Of a stretch of DNA of 64,000 bases, positions 52,524-60,651 are shown in pieces. This DNA is from a virus. Lineage: Duplodnaviria; Heunggongvirae; Uroviricota; Caudoviricetes. The notes under the pieces were generated by a model that was given only the letters and a program-made list of their open reading frames with translations, searched no databases and had not been told where the DNA came from. Each line of letters starts with the position of its first letter. The first letter of the stretch is position 1. The translations under genes were made by a program, and so were the position numbers. The stretch is from positions 12,575 to 76,574 of the IMG/VR virus record IMGVR_UViG_3300032144_000002. One strand, given 5' to 3'.

Positions 52524-53704
52524 CAGATCGTCACGAGCGTGCGCTCGGCCTCCGTCCAACCGGTGAAGTATGCCTTGGCCCACTGCTCAGGACCCCACTT
52601 GTGCATGGAGGTCATGGTGGCAAGGTGCTCGATTACTCGCGTTGACATGATGCGGCGCAAGGCGTTCTTGCGGATGTTGGCGCGAATCTTCCATGCCCAC
52701 TCGCACAGCTCGGTTGAAGCAATGCTGGCTTCAACGTCGCGGCTGTAGTCCATGGTAATCATGCCAATCTTGAAGCGGTCAAGCGTGGCAGCATCGAGCT
52801 GATTGCGGCCGACATACATTGCGTCGGCGCCGCTGCCGTAGGTATTGGCAGCAGCGGCCAGCACAAAGTTCGGCGACTTCTTCACGACCGGATTCTTGTA
52901 CCGCTGCTCTGCGGTATAGCTCTTGTTCGCGATGGCCTTATTGATGTAGGTGAACAGGTTAGGGTCACCGGCATCAATCTCGTCAAGGAGCATCACGCCG
53001 CCCTTCTCGTAGCGGCGCATGAAAGGCGATTCAACATGCTCGAACGCACCGTTCTTGCCGACGGGCAGAAGCTTGCCGTTGAACACCGATTCGCTCATGC
53101 CCTCGCTGCACGACTGATCGCTGAACTCCATGTTCAGCGCTTCAGCCAGCTTCTCGCACAAGTAGGTCTTGCCGCAACCTGCAGGGCCTACCAGCATGAT
53201 TGGCACGCGCGCCGTGGCCAGTTCAAGCATCATCTTGAACTCGGGCGGCAGCACGCCCTTGACGGTGCGCGTCTTGCCGGCTTCCTTGATGACAAACGGC
53301 GCAACCTTTTCGGCGGCGGTGGCCAGTGCCTTCTTGGCCGCTGCCTCGAAGCCGGCAGTGGCCTGATTGGCCGCTTTGACCACGAACTCTTCGGCCCGTT
53401 TCTCAACATCACCAACCGTGGCCATCGCGACGCTGGTGGTGATTTCAAGGAATCGCTTTTCAGAATCAGTGGTCGGCTTGATGCCACCCGGCTGCTGCAG
53501 CAGCACGATGGCCTCATACGCTGCTTGAGCGCGTTGCGGCTGTGCCTTGATGGCCTCGACCAGTATGGTGTCGGCGTCAGCGCGCTTCTTGGCTGCCTCG
53601 ACGCGGTTGCGAACAGCCAGCCAGTCCGCCATGATGCGGACCTGAGCCATGTGCAAGCGACCGACCGGGCAGGATTCTACGTTGTTAGGAAACTTGAAAG
53701 CCAT
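52523..53704 (-). CDS. AAA+ ATPase, AAA_5 (MoxR/CbbQ/CobS-like) family
   Basis: Walker A IMLVGPAGCGKTYL, Walker B VMLLDEIDAG; N-terminal coiled-coil extension. Confidence 0.7.
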   Translation of the reverse strand: MAFKFPNNVESCPVGRLHMAQVRIMADWLAVRNRVEAAKKRADADTILVEAIKAQPQRAQAAYEAIVLLQQPGGIKPTTDSEKRFLEITTSVAMATVGDVEKRAEEFVVKAANQATAGFEAAAKKALATAAEKVAPFVIKEAGKTRTVKGVLPPEFKMMLELATARVPIMLVGPAGCGKTYLCEKLAEALNMEFSDQSCSEGMSESVFNGKLLPVGKNGAFEHVESPFMRRYEKGGVMLLDEIDAGDPNLFTYINKAIANKSYTAEQRYKNPVVKKSPNFVLAAAANTYGSGADAMYVGRNQLDAATLDRFKIGMITMDYSRDVEASIASTELCEWAWKIRANIRKNALRRIMSTRVIEHLATMTSMHKWGPEQWAKAYFTGWTEAERTLVTI

Positions 53705-53738
53705 GTTAAGTGCTCCTTAGCAGTTGATGGCGTGGATG

Positions 53739-53942
53739 TTACTGTTGATTGTAATCAGGATAAACCCAGCCGCCGACCTCTGGGTCGTAGCGACCACCGC
53801 GCTCCTTGCGGTAGATGTACTCGCCGAGTTCATCGGCTTCAGCGTCGAGCTCAGCTGCCTTCTCGATGTCGCCACGAGCGCGGGCCTCCGCCTCGTCTTC
53901 CTGCAGCTTGATCCAGCGTTGCTTCAGTTCGGCGATTGTCAT
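53739..53942 (-). CDS. Hypothetical small acidic protein
   Basis: 67 aa. Confidence 0.3.
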   Translation of the reverse strand: MTIAELKQRWIKLQEDEAEARARGDIEKAAELDAEADELGEYIYRKERGGRYDPEVGGWVYPDYNQQ

Positions 53943-54193
53943 GCGTTCACCCAGTTGATTACAGCGCCGTATGTTTCGTTGGTGCTGAAGTGCACCTGCG
54001 TCTTGTGCACGCTCTCAGGCACGGCCTGTACGATGAATTCCTTCGCGGCGATCACTTCGCCAAACTGCACGTCGTGTTCTTTGCACGTAGCGGTGAGGAT
54101 GTTACCGACGTATGAAACGCGCCAGCCGATGCCGTCGTACTTCATGCCTTTGAGGTGCTTGCGCAAAAGCTTATTCAGTTCGTTGATTTCCAT
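53939..54193 (-). CDS. Hypothetical protein (start MEINELNK) with conserved 5' leader element
   Basis: Track ORF 53939-54412 starts at an upstream TTG. Confidence 0.35.
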   Translation of the reverse strand: MEINELNKLLRKHLKGMKYDGIGWRVSYVGNILTATCKEHDVQFGEVIAAKEFIVQAVPESVHKTQVHFSTNETYGAVINWVNA

Positions 54194-54227
54194 GTTGAGT
54201 CTCCTTTGAGAGTTGATGGCGTAGATG

Positions 54228-54434
54228 CTACAGGTCACCAAGACCGAGCTTGTCGGCTGCTGCGCACAGCGCGGCATCGACGCCCTCTTCGAGGTTGAAG
54301 CTGTCGAGTTCAACAGCGCCCTCATTAACCAGCTCAATGGCCAGGACGATCTCTTCGTCCGAAACCAGCTCTTGCTCGCCGTCCTTGGCAAACATTGCGC
54401 GCAGAGATTCAAGTACCTGATGCTTAGTTACCAT
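54228..54434 (-). CDS. Hypothetical small acidic protein with conserved 5' leader element
   Basis: 68 aa, pI acidic. Confidence 0.35.
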   Translation of the reverse strand: MVTKHQVLESLRAMFAKDGEQELVSDEEIVLAIELVNEGAVELDSFNLEEGVDAALCAAADKLGLGDL

Positions 54435-54467
54435 GTTGAGTCTCCTTTGAGAGTTGATGGCATTGAT

Positions 54468-54545
54468 TGAGCGTTCCGTTCAACAGGCTGAATTTCAACC
54501 CGCTGAAAGGAACGCTCGGTGCTTTGTTCTTTCACCGAGCGTTAC
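54468..54545 (-). promoter_or_regulatory. Leader RNA element with two mutually exclusive hairpins (terminator/antiterminator-like) upstream of gene 54228-54434
   Basis: On the mRNA: AACGCUCGGUG-loop-CACCGAGCGUU (11-bp stem, then CCUUUC) competes with GAGCGUUCC-31 nt-GGAACGCUC (9-bp stem) through shared GAGCGUU. Confidence 0.4.
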
Positions 54546-54779
54546 CGTTGCTTCCGTACCAAACACAAACTAGTTACCCGTACTGTCCTGCATTGCGCTG
54601 CTGCGATGAGAGGGCCTTGCGACCGGAGCCACGCATAAGCGTGTAGACAACCGGCAAGCGCCACACTGGCAATGCACCGTCGTTGATGCTGAGTAGGCAT
54701 TTGGATTTTCAAAGCGGGCCGCTGTACTTGCGCCGCTGACCAAGATGCTTCATGGGCCTCTTGGTGCCTGACCACTCGC

Positions 54780-55200
54780 TTATACCGCTCGGAGCGGACC
54801 GGCCGGTGCGCCGGAGTACCGTGCTAGGGTTAGGGTTCAGGTGGCTGGCGTTGCCGCTCAACCGTTTCTAGCAACCGGCGCATAACGCCTGACGCTGCCC
54901 CTGTACCGCCCTTCGGCTGGCGCTTGCCCGTTGCGCCGGTACGTTTGGGGCCTAGGCCCCGGGCCACCCGCTAGCTAGGCGGGCACCTTATTATAAGGTG
55001 TGCAACAGGGGTTGTTGCAACGGTACTGGCGCACAAAATGGGCACAACAAAAACCGTTGCAAAACAAGCAGTTGCGGACGCCACTACCGGCTGGGAGCGC
55101 CCCTAGGCGGCCTCCCGGCCCGTTTGGGGCGGTTTTGGGCCTGCCAGCCGGTGCCAGCGCAACCGCCTAGGCACCGGGCCGCCAGCTCATCTCCCAGGTA
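54780..55200. repeat. GC-rich repeat island R3 within a 760-nt noncoding region (54435-55200)
   Basis: CCTTATTATAAGGTGTGC; inverted repeat TTGCAACGGT...ACCGTTGCAA; several CCTAGG; GGCTGGCG elements; possible TTGCAA-N19-TATAAT promoter reading toward lower coordinates. Confidence 0.45.
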
Positions 55201-55617
55201 TCAGCCCTCAGGCTGTACCCTCATACCCTCTTGCGCTGTTTCAGGCGCACCGAGACCCATGCTGACTCCAGCCTGTTGTTTCAGCAGATGCTTGGCTCTG
55301 ATCTGTGACGTCTTGCTCATGCACCGCACCAGCTCATCTCTGGCGAGGTTCTCCATCTTGAGCCCATGCGCTGAACAGAACGCGGCAAGTGTTACCAGCG
55401 TGCCGCCGACTTCTTGCGGCAACTCACCGACCGGTCGGTTGTAGACGTACTCGACAAGCTGCAGCACCCGCTCTTTGGACACGCCAGCCGCCTGCATCAG
55501 TTCGAGCGTTTCTTCGAGCACACGATCTGCGCGCTCTTCCTTGCTCTCCACCACTACCTTGCCAAAGCACAGCAGCGCCCATCCGGTGGCGGTGCGTTGG
55601 AACTCTGCTATTCTCAT
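55201..55617 (-). CDS. Second MazG-like / all-alpha NTP pyrophosphohydrolase-family protein
   Basis: EETLELMQAAGVSKERVLQLVEYV...ELPQEVGG resembles MazG/HisE-fold NTP-PPase motif (EExxE ... metal-binding acidic helix). Confidence 0.4.
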   Translation of the reverse strand: MRIAEFQRTATGWALLCFGKVVVESKEERADRVLEETLELMQAAGVSKERVLQLVEYVYNRPVGELPQEVGGTLVTLAAFCSAHGLKMENLARDELVRCMSKTSQIRAKHLLKQQAGVSMGLGAPETAQEGMRVQPEG

Positions 55618-55955
55618 GCGAACTCCTTCACCATGAGCAGCAAGGCGCAGTACGCTTCGAGCTCGGTCTCACCGCTGGCCCTGTATCTCGTCGGCGTCAC
55701 GTCATCACCGGATGAGTCTTCGGCGCATACTTCGATGAGGTCATTAGTTGCCCAATGCGTCGCATGAACGTTGAACCCCGCTTTCTTGAGCGCGGCTCGA
55801 ACGTGAGAGCACGTCTGCAGCGGCCATGCTTTGACAGCCTGCGCTGAGTAGGTGAAGCCGAGGCGAGCTTGGATGATCTGCGATACTCGTTCATTGTCAA
55901 TGTCGGCCATGTAGTCCTCTGCTGAATACGGTTTCTTGTCAAGTACCTGAAACAC
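55614..55955 (-). CDS. Hypothetical protein
   Basis: 113 aa. Confidence 0.3.
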   Translation of the reverse strand: MFQVLDKKPYSAEDYMADIDNERVSQIIQARLGFTYSAQAVKAWPLQTCSHVRAALKKAGFNVHATHWATNDLIEVCAEDSSGDDVTPTRYRASGETELEAYCALLLMVKEFA

Positions 55956-55965
55956 TGTCGTTACC

Positions 55966-56337
55966 CTAGCGGATGCCGTGCTCTTTCTCCCTCTTTGGCA
56001 CCAACGGCTGGTTGAACACTCGTTCGAGCCATCCGAAGAAACCCGCGAACAGCTTTGGTGAGACGTCGAAGATCGCGGCCAGTAGATTTCCTACGGGCAT
56101 GATAGTGACAATAGCGCGACCGATCAACGAGCCAACTGTATCAGTGGGGTTGTACAAGTTGTTCTCGCCGTTGGCCGCGCGTGCCTCGCCTTCCGCACGC
56201 TTCTTGGTGTCGATCTGGTAGTTCGCATGTGTCCTCATCAGATAGCCGATGGCGCAGGTCACCAGCGGAATCCAGTAGAGCACCAGCGCGATCCACGGCG
56301 TGGTAGCGGCGTTCTTGATCCAGTCAATCATGTTCAA
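55966..56337 (-). CDS. Two-TM membrane protein (possible partner of second SPFH protein)
   Basis: Hydrophobic helices WIALVLYWIPLVTCAIGYLM and GRAIVTIMPVGNLLAAIF. Confidence 0.35.
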   Translation of the reverse strand: MNMIDWIKNAATTPWIALVLYWIPLVTCAIGYLMRTHANYQIDTKKRAEGEARAANGENNLYNPTDTVGSLIGRAIVTIMPVGNLLAAIFDVSPKLFAGFFGWLERVFNQPLVPKREKEHGIR

Positions 56338-56343
56338 TCTCCT

Positions 56344-56922
56344 TTACAGTCTCTTGGTATCACCATCGGCCGAACGAGTGTCCATGCGACTGTTGTAGTC
56401 GCTGTACATCCCCAGTCCGGTGTTCAGAAAGCGGTACGTTCGACAGACAGCAAAGTCTGTCACGTTGAATGAGTAGAGCTGCAGTCCGTAGTTATCCAGC
56501 TCATGCGCCAGACTCTCGGCCACGAACTTTTCGAGCTCAGTTGCCGTGATCTGCGACAGTGATCTTTCACGCATGAACGATGCGATGGCGCCTTGGGCTT
56601 TCTGCGTGATCGTGTCGTGCGCGTTGTGAAGCTTCGTGTAGAGCTTCAGTATGTCGTGCACCTCATACCGCATTGAGCTGGCGATGCTGATTGGCTTGCC
56701 ATCGGCAGTCGTGATGATCTGACCTTCCACAAAGTGAGCCCTCAGTCTGGTTGGCTGCACGAATGTCTGGTGGATCAACGGTATGCGCAAGTGAACACCC
56801 GGTTGCAGAAGCGTGACGTGCTTACCAAGCTTCACACGTAGCCCTTGCTCCCATGGGGATATGGTGATCCACCATTGGAACAGCTCTTTCAAGCCTTCCT
56901 TGATCTGTTGGACGATGTTCAC
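56344..56922 (-). CDS. Second SPFH/band-7-like domain protein
   Basis: WITISPWEQGLRVKLGKHVTLLQPGVHLRIPLIHQTFV...YEVHDILKLY follows the N-terminal beta-rich pattern of SPFH domains. Confidence 0.5.
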   Translation of the reverse strand: MNIVQQIKEGLKELFQWWITISPWEQGLRVKLGKHVTLLQPGVHLRIPLIHQTFVQPTRLRAHFVEGQIITTADGKPISIASSMRYEVHDILKLYTKLHNAHDTITQKAQGAIASFMRERSLSQITATELEKFVAESLAHELDNYGLQLYSFNVTDFAVCRTYRFLNTGLGMYSDYNSRMDTRSADGDTKRL

Positions 56923-57470
56923 TCGGCGCTCCTGTGCTCGGCGGTCGGCAATTCAACAGTCAGGTCGATGCCCATGCTCTGTAGCTGATCATGCAGCGTG
57001 GCCAGCTTCTCTCGCGCCGAGTCACGCGACACACGAGCCTGCGCCAGCTCCACGTCGGAGTGTTCAAGTCTGGTCTGTGTCTGTGACAACCTCTGGTTCA
57101 GCACGGCGATGAACTCGTTGGCCGTGGCCAGCTGATGCTGCAGCTCCTTGGCGTCCTCGCTCATCGTCTCCTTGCGCGCCATGAACCCGAGGTCCACGAA
57201 CACGTCGCCGAACTTGAAGGCCAGCGTATATACAAGCCGGCCATGCGGCTTCATCTCGGTCGGTTCCACGACCTTGATGGCGAACTCCTTCAGCAACTCG
57301 TCGACCACTGTCTGTGGCGCAGCGGCTTCTTCGACCCACGGGATGCAGATGCAATCGAAGTCACGCGCTAGTGATCCATGCACCGTCAGCGCATACCCGT
57401 GCTTTCGAACGATCTCGGCCATGTCGGCGTAGACGCACGCATAGATCGGTGCGTTGTTTGCTGGCTTCAT
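56919..57470 (-). CDS. Minimal nucleotidyltransferase (pol-beta/MNT-like fold) with C-terminal coiled coil
   Basis: HGSLARDFDCICIPW contains GS...D-x-D nucleotidyltransferase signature. Confidence 0.45.
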   Translation of the reverse strand: MKPANNAPIYACVYADMAEIVRKHGYALTVHGSLARDFDCICIPWVEEAAAPQTVVDELLKEFAIKVVEPTEMKPHGRLVYTLAFKFGDVFVDLGFMARKETMSEDAKELQHQLATANEFIAVLNQRLSQTQTRLEHSDVELAQARVSRDSAREKLATLHDQLQSMGIDLTVELPTAEHRSAE

Positions 57471-57643
57471 AGATTCTGGTACTTGCTCGTTGAAATGATG
57501 GCGCGCACTACAGCGCGGATCTTTGGATTGGGAGCTTCGGCATTCAGCTTTGCGAGCTTGCCGACGTCGCTCTGGTATTGCTGATACTCGGCTTCAGCTC
57601 GCTTCAGCTGCTCCGGTGATATCTTGATTATTGGATCTTTCAC
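57467..57643 (-). CDS. Small hypothetical protein (about 58 aa, GTG start, GGGAGA RBS), below ORF-track cutoff
   Basis: VKDPIIKISPEQLKRAEAEYQQYQ...; ATGA overlap with downstream gene start. Confidence 0.25.
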   Translation of the reverse strand: MKDPIIKISPEQLKRAEAEYQQYQSDVGKLAKLNAEAPNPKIRAVVRAIISTSKYQNL

Positions 57644-58242
57644 AGCCCCGGTCTCCCTGTCTTGCAGAGCCAGTGCGTCGGCTCCCTGTTGCCTTCAAGT
57701 TGAATCTGAGTGAACGAGTTCTCGTAATACCACCAGCCGACGTCTGCCGGGTTGCGGTCATCCATCTGCATGGCTTCTTCAAGCGTGCGATACCACGCGC
57801 TCCATGTAACCCACACGGTAGCCATGTTTCTACCGACGATCACCTCATCGCCATCCTTCGGCGCAGTCTCAATCGGCTTCCATCGCATCTCAGGCGTCTG
57901 GTAGAGCCCTTCTGGCTGAAACGAGAATTCCATGATCTCGGCCTGCTTGATCTTGTCACCGTCATAGATCGACGGCATGAAACCAGGATTGCCAAGTATG
58001 GCGCACAGATCATCTCTGCTGACGCCTTCTTGAAAGGTCACCACGATTCTTCCGTTGGCGTTGCTCGTGACGAATCCGAGCGGCGGCTTCGTGTGATCAT
58101 GCTGCATGAGGATTGGCACGTTCGGGTGATCGCCGATTCTACGGAATCCCTGCATCGGCGCCGTCCTTCCACACTCGCCGCAGACAGTGACTTGGATGTT
58201 TCGCCGTCCGCACTTGCAGGTCCAGTTAGAAAGCAGGCTCAT
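57640..58242 (-). CDS. DUF551-domain protein with N-terminal zinc ribbon
   Basis: WTCKCGRRNIQVTVCGECG; WKPIETAPKDGDEVIVGRNMATVWVTWSAWY matches DUF551 tryptophan-rich motif. Confidence 0.45.
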   Translation of the reverse strand: MSLLSNWTCKCGRRNIQVTVCGECGRTAPMQGFRRIGDHPNVPILMQHDHTKPPLGFVTSNANGRIVVTFQEGVSRDDLCAILGNPGFMPSIYDGDKIKQAEIMEFSFQPEGLYQTPEMRWKPIETAPKDGDEVIVGRNMATVWVTWSAWYRTLEEAMQMDDRNPADVGWWYYENSFTQIQLEGNREPTHWLCKTGRPGL

Positions 58243-58862
58243 CGTGACCTCAGCGCGGCGCGCACTTCCATCCACAGACCACCGAGCACGTTCCTTCCGT
58301 TGCGCTTCTCGCCCCAACCCCAGAAGTCGTCACGCCACGAGTTCTCGATCAACACTCGCTCACCGGTCTCCATCAGCTTGCGAGTGACGTACTCATGTTG
58401 ATCGGCCTTGGCCATGATCATCTGCCCCATGATCCCGACCTTCACTCGGTCCCATTCCTTGCGCCGCTGTTCCTTGTAGTGCTGCGCCAGTTGGAACGCG
58501 TCGTGCGCTGAGCGGGCGACAGTGATCAGGTCGCGTATCGTCTGCGACGTCCCTCGGAACTTCTCGGCATGGTAAGCATGCTCGACAGTCGGATAGAGTT
58601 GGCCGTGCCACTCCAATGCGAACGCGCTGAAGTTGGACAGGACATAGAACTCCTGCTCATAGAAGAACACGGCGTTGTCAGTATCGAGTCCGTGGCATTC
58701 AGGGCTCTGTGCCGCCTTGCCGATACCGATGCCGTGCATGTCGAAGATGCCGGTGTCCTTGTCAACGGCATGCTCGTAACCGGCCTCATGCAACTTCGCG
58801 CCGACTTCATAGTAGGCTTGTGGTGACAGTTCCATCACCGCATAGGTATGTGTCGTTCTCAT
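58239..58862 (-). CDS. NADAR (YbiA/DUF1768) domain protein
   Basis: AVFFYEQEFYVLSNFSAFALEWHGQLYPTVEHAYHAEKF...WGWG are the NADAR family signatures. Confidence 0.7.
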   Translation of the reverse strand: MRTTHTYAVMELSPQAYYEVGAKLHEAGYEHAVDKDTGIFDMHGIGIGKAAQSPECHGLDTDNAVFFYEQEFYVLSNFSAFALEWHGQLYPTVEHAYHAEKFRGTSQTIRDLITVARSAHDAFQLAQHYKEQRRKEWDRVKVGIMGQMIMAKADQHEYVTRKLMETGERVLIENSWRDDFWGWGEKRNGRNVLGGLWMEVRAALRSR

Positions 58863-59293
58863 GACTTCGGCGCCTCCTTGAACGTCCGTGCTTCATCGCT
58901 CATGTTGGTTACGTCGATCAATCCCTCGTTAACGTACTGCGGGCTATATGCTGAGTCACACGCGACGCAGCGATACCATCCCGGGAAATCACTTCGGTTC
59001 AGCGGCTTGAACACGTTGGAGTTGCAGCGGCATCTCACCTTTGCAACAGTGACGTCATCCTTGACCACCGGCTTGAAGCCATCGGGCTCAAGGCGAACGT
59101 CCAAGTTCTGCTCACCGACGACTTCAATGTCGACCTCGCAGTGACAGTAGATCTTGGCACGCCATGACCCGCAGACGCTGGCCGTCAGTTCAAGCCCGAA
59201 CACTCCGGGCATTTCGGATCCATCGGGCATGAGGACCTTGGTGCCCTGTGCGGAGCCTTCCGGCCCTGAGATCACTCTGATACGATTGGTCAT
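58859..59293 (-). CDS. Hypothetical Cys-rich protein (start MTNRIRVISG)
   Basis: Track ORF 58859-59344. Confidence 0.3.
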   Translation of the reverse strand: MTNRIRVISGPEGSAQGTKVLMPDGSEMPGVFGLELTASVCGSWRAKIYCHCEVDIEVVGEQNLDVRLEPDGFKPVVKDDVTVAKVRCRCNSNVFKPLNRSDFPGWYRCVACDSAYSPQYVNEGLIDVTNMSDEARTFKEAPKS

Positions 59294-59508
59294 GGGTAGT
59301 TCCTCATCATCTCGTCGATAGCTTCTCTGCTGTTGTAGGCCCAACGTCGTGCCGGGTATTTCATCACGTACTCAAGACGAGCTGTGTCATCACTGACGGC
59401 GTCGATATGATTGATCAGCGGGCGCACCGGGTAGGTGTCACGGTATACGTCACGTATCACTGCCAGCTCGTCAGGAGGCATGGCCTTCGGTGTCTTTTCA
59501 ACAGTCAC
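59290..59508 (-). CDS. Hypothetical protein
   Basis: 72 aa. Confidence 0.3.
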   Translation of the reverse strand: MTVEKTPKAMPPDELAVIRDVYRDTYPVRPLINHIDAVSDDTARLEYVMKYPARRWAYNSREAIDEMMRNYP

Positions 59509-59771
59509 ACGTCACCTCCGTCACCGATCGTTCGGTACGGATACTTCCTGTCAATCAGCAGACGACGAATCTTGATCTGCCAGCCGAACTCATTCTCGTG
59601 AGTATAGCTACCACGCCCTGCGAGCTTGTTCATCCACGACAGGTAGACGCATCTGTCGTAATGACGCTGTATCTTACCGGCCTTGGTCCGCGACTCCCAG
59701 TACTTGCCCCACCCGATCTCAATCAGGTGCAAATCGTCGTTCGGCTGACGCTGAAGGAATATGATTCTCAT
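59505..59771 (-). CDS. Hypothetical protein
   Basis: 88 aa. Confidence 0.3.
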   Translation of the reverse strand: MRIIFLQRQPNDDLHLIEIGWGKYWESRTKAGKIQRHYDRCVYLSWMNKLAGRGSYTHENEFGWQIKIRRLLIDRKYPYRTIGDGGDV

Positions 59772-59783
59772 GTTTATTCCTTG

Positions 59784-60194
59784 TCACTCTTCCTGAAGAT
59801 CGTCAACGCCGGCGCGTCGCAATTCATAGCGCAGCTTGCGGTGGCTGTACTTTAGCAGCCCGGGATTATCCGCCATGAATCGTCTGATGTCCGAAGTGCT
59901 CAACTGCAGGGACGTCTGGAACGCCGCCATGATGTCTGCACGATTGATCGTACCGTGCTCGGTGACATGCTTCATGATGAATTCCTGCCGCTGCTGCATG
60001 GCCCACGTTATCCGACCCTTGCCGCGATCGCGTTTGAACGCCACGACCTTCTCAATGGCCTCAAGTGCCGTCCTTGAGCACTCAGTACAGTCGCTCGGAT
60101 GAAGTGGCACGCCACCGATTGCACCTTCAATGGTGACGCTGCATCCTTTCCGCCATTCAGCAATGATCTCTCTGACTCTCTTTAGCTGCTGCAT
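59784..60194 (-). CDS. Hypothetical protein (possible wHTH regulator)
   Basis: 136 aa; helical C-terminal half. Confidence 0.3.
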   Translation of the reverse strand: MQQLKRVREIIAEWRKGCSVTIEGAIGGVPLHPSDCTECSRTALEAIEKVVAFKRDRGKGRITWAMQQRQEFIMKHVTEHGTINRADIMAAFQTSLQLSTSDIRRFMADNPGLLKYSHRKLRYELRRAGVDDLQEE

Positions 60195-60423
60195 GATTAC
60201 TATCCTTTGAAACGGAGCCTTGATCCGTCTCTACTGTTTTCCGCTATGAGCACACGAACATGGTGCCTAAGACTCCGTAGCGTACCGGCAATCCTAGCCC
60301 TCGATGAATCTGCTGGTATAGACGCAGCGCTTGCTGCCTTGCGTCCATCCGGCGCTCTTGCAGTAACCCTTACCATCAACGTTTCGATGCCGTCATCGTC
60401 GGTCACTACTGTCCTCAAGTGTT

Positions 60424-60651
60424 TCACTTCCCGTGCTCCCTAAGAGTGTAGTCACCGTGATAGCTGGGATATAGGTGAACGTCAGTAGGCGCAGGCCTGA
60501 CACCACGCATGCCTAGTCCGCTCTCGTCGTCTATGACGCAGTTGCGCATATCAACTCCGTATAGACGCGACAACTCTGCAGCACCTATGAAATGACGCTG
60601 CCCGTCATTCTTGCTTTCGACGTATCCAGGATGGAGTATGTAGCGCTTCAT
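60424..60651 (-). CDS. Hypothetical protein
   Basis: 75 aa, ATGA overlap with primase gene stop. Confidence 0.3.
   Translation of the reverse strand: MKRYILHPGYVESKNDGQRHFIGAAELSRLYGVDMRNCVIDDESGLGMRGVRPAPTDVHLYPSYHGDYTLREHGK

Noticed and set aside
54542-54775. Minus-strand ORF 54542-54775 and plus-strand ORF 54998-55444 in the long intergenic region
   Set aside because: No RBS, Arg/Cys/Ala-rich GC-frame composition, overlap the hairpin/repeat elements; region treated as noncoding
54827-54840. Telomere-like GGGTTAGGGTT repeat
   Set aside because: Only two units; coincidental within GC island R3
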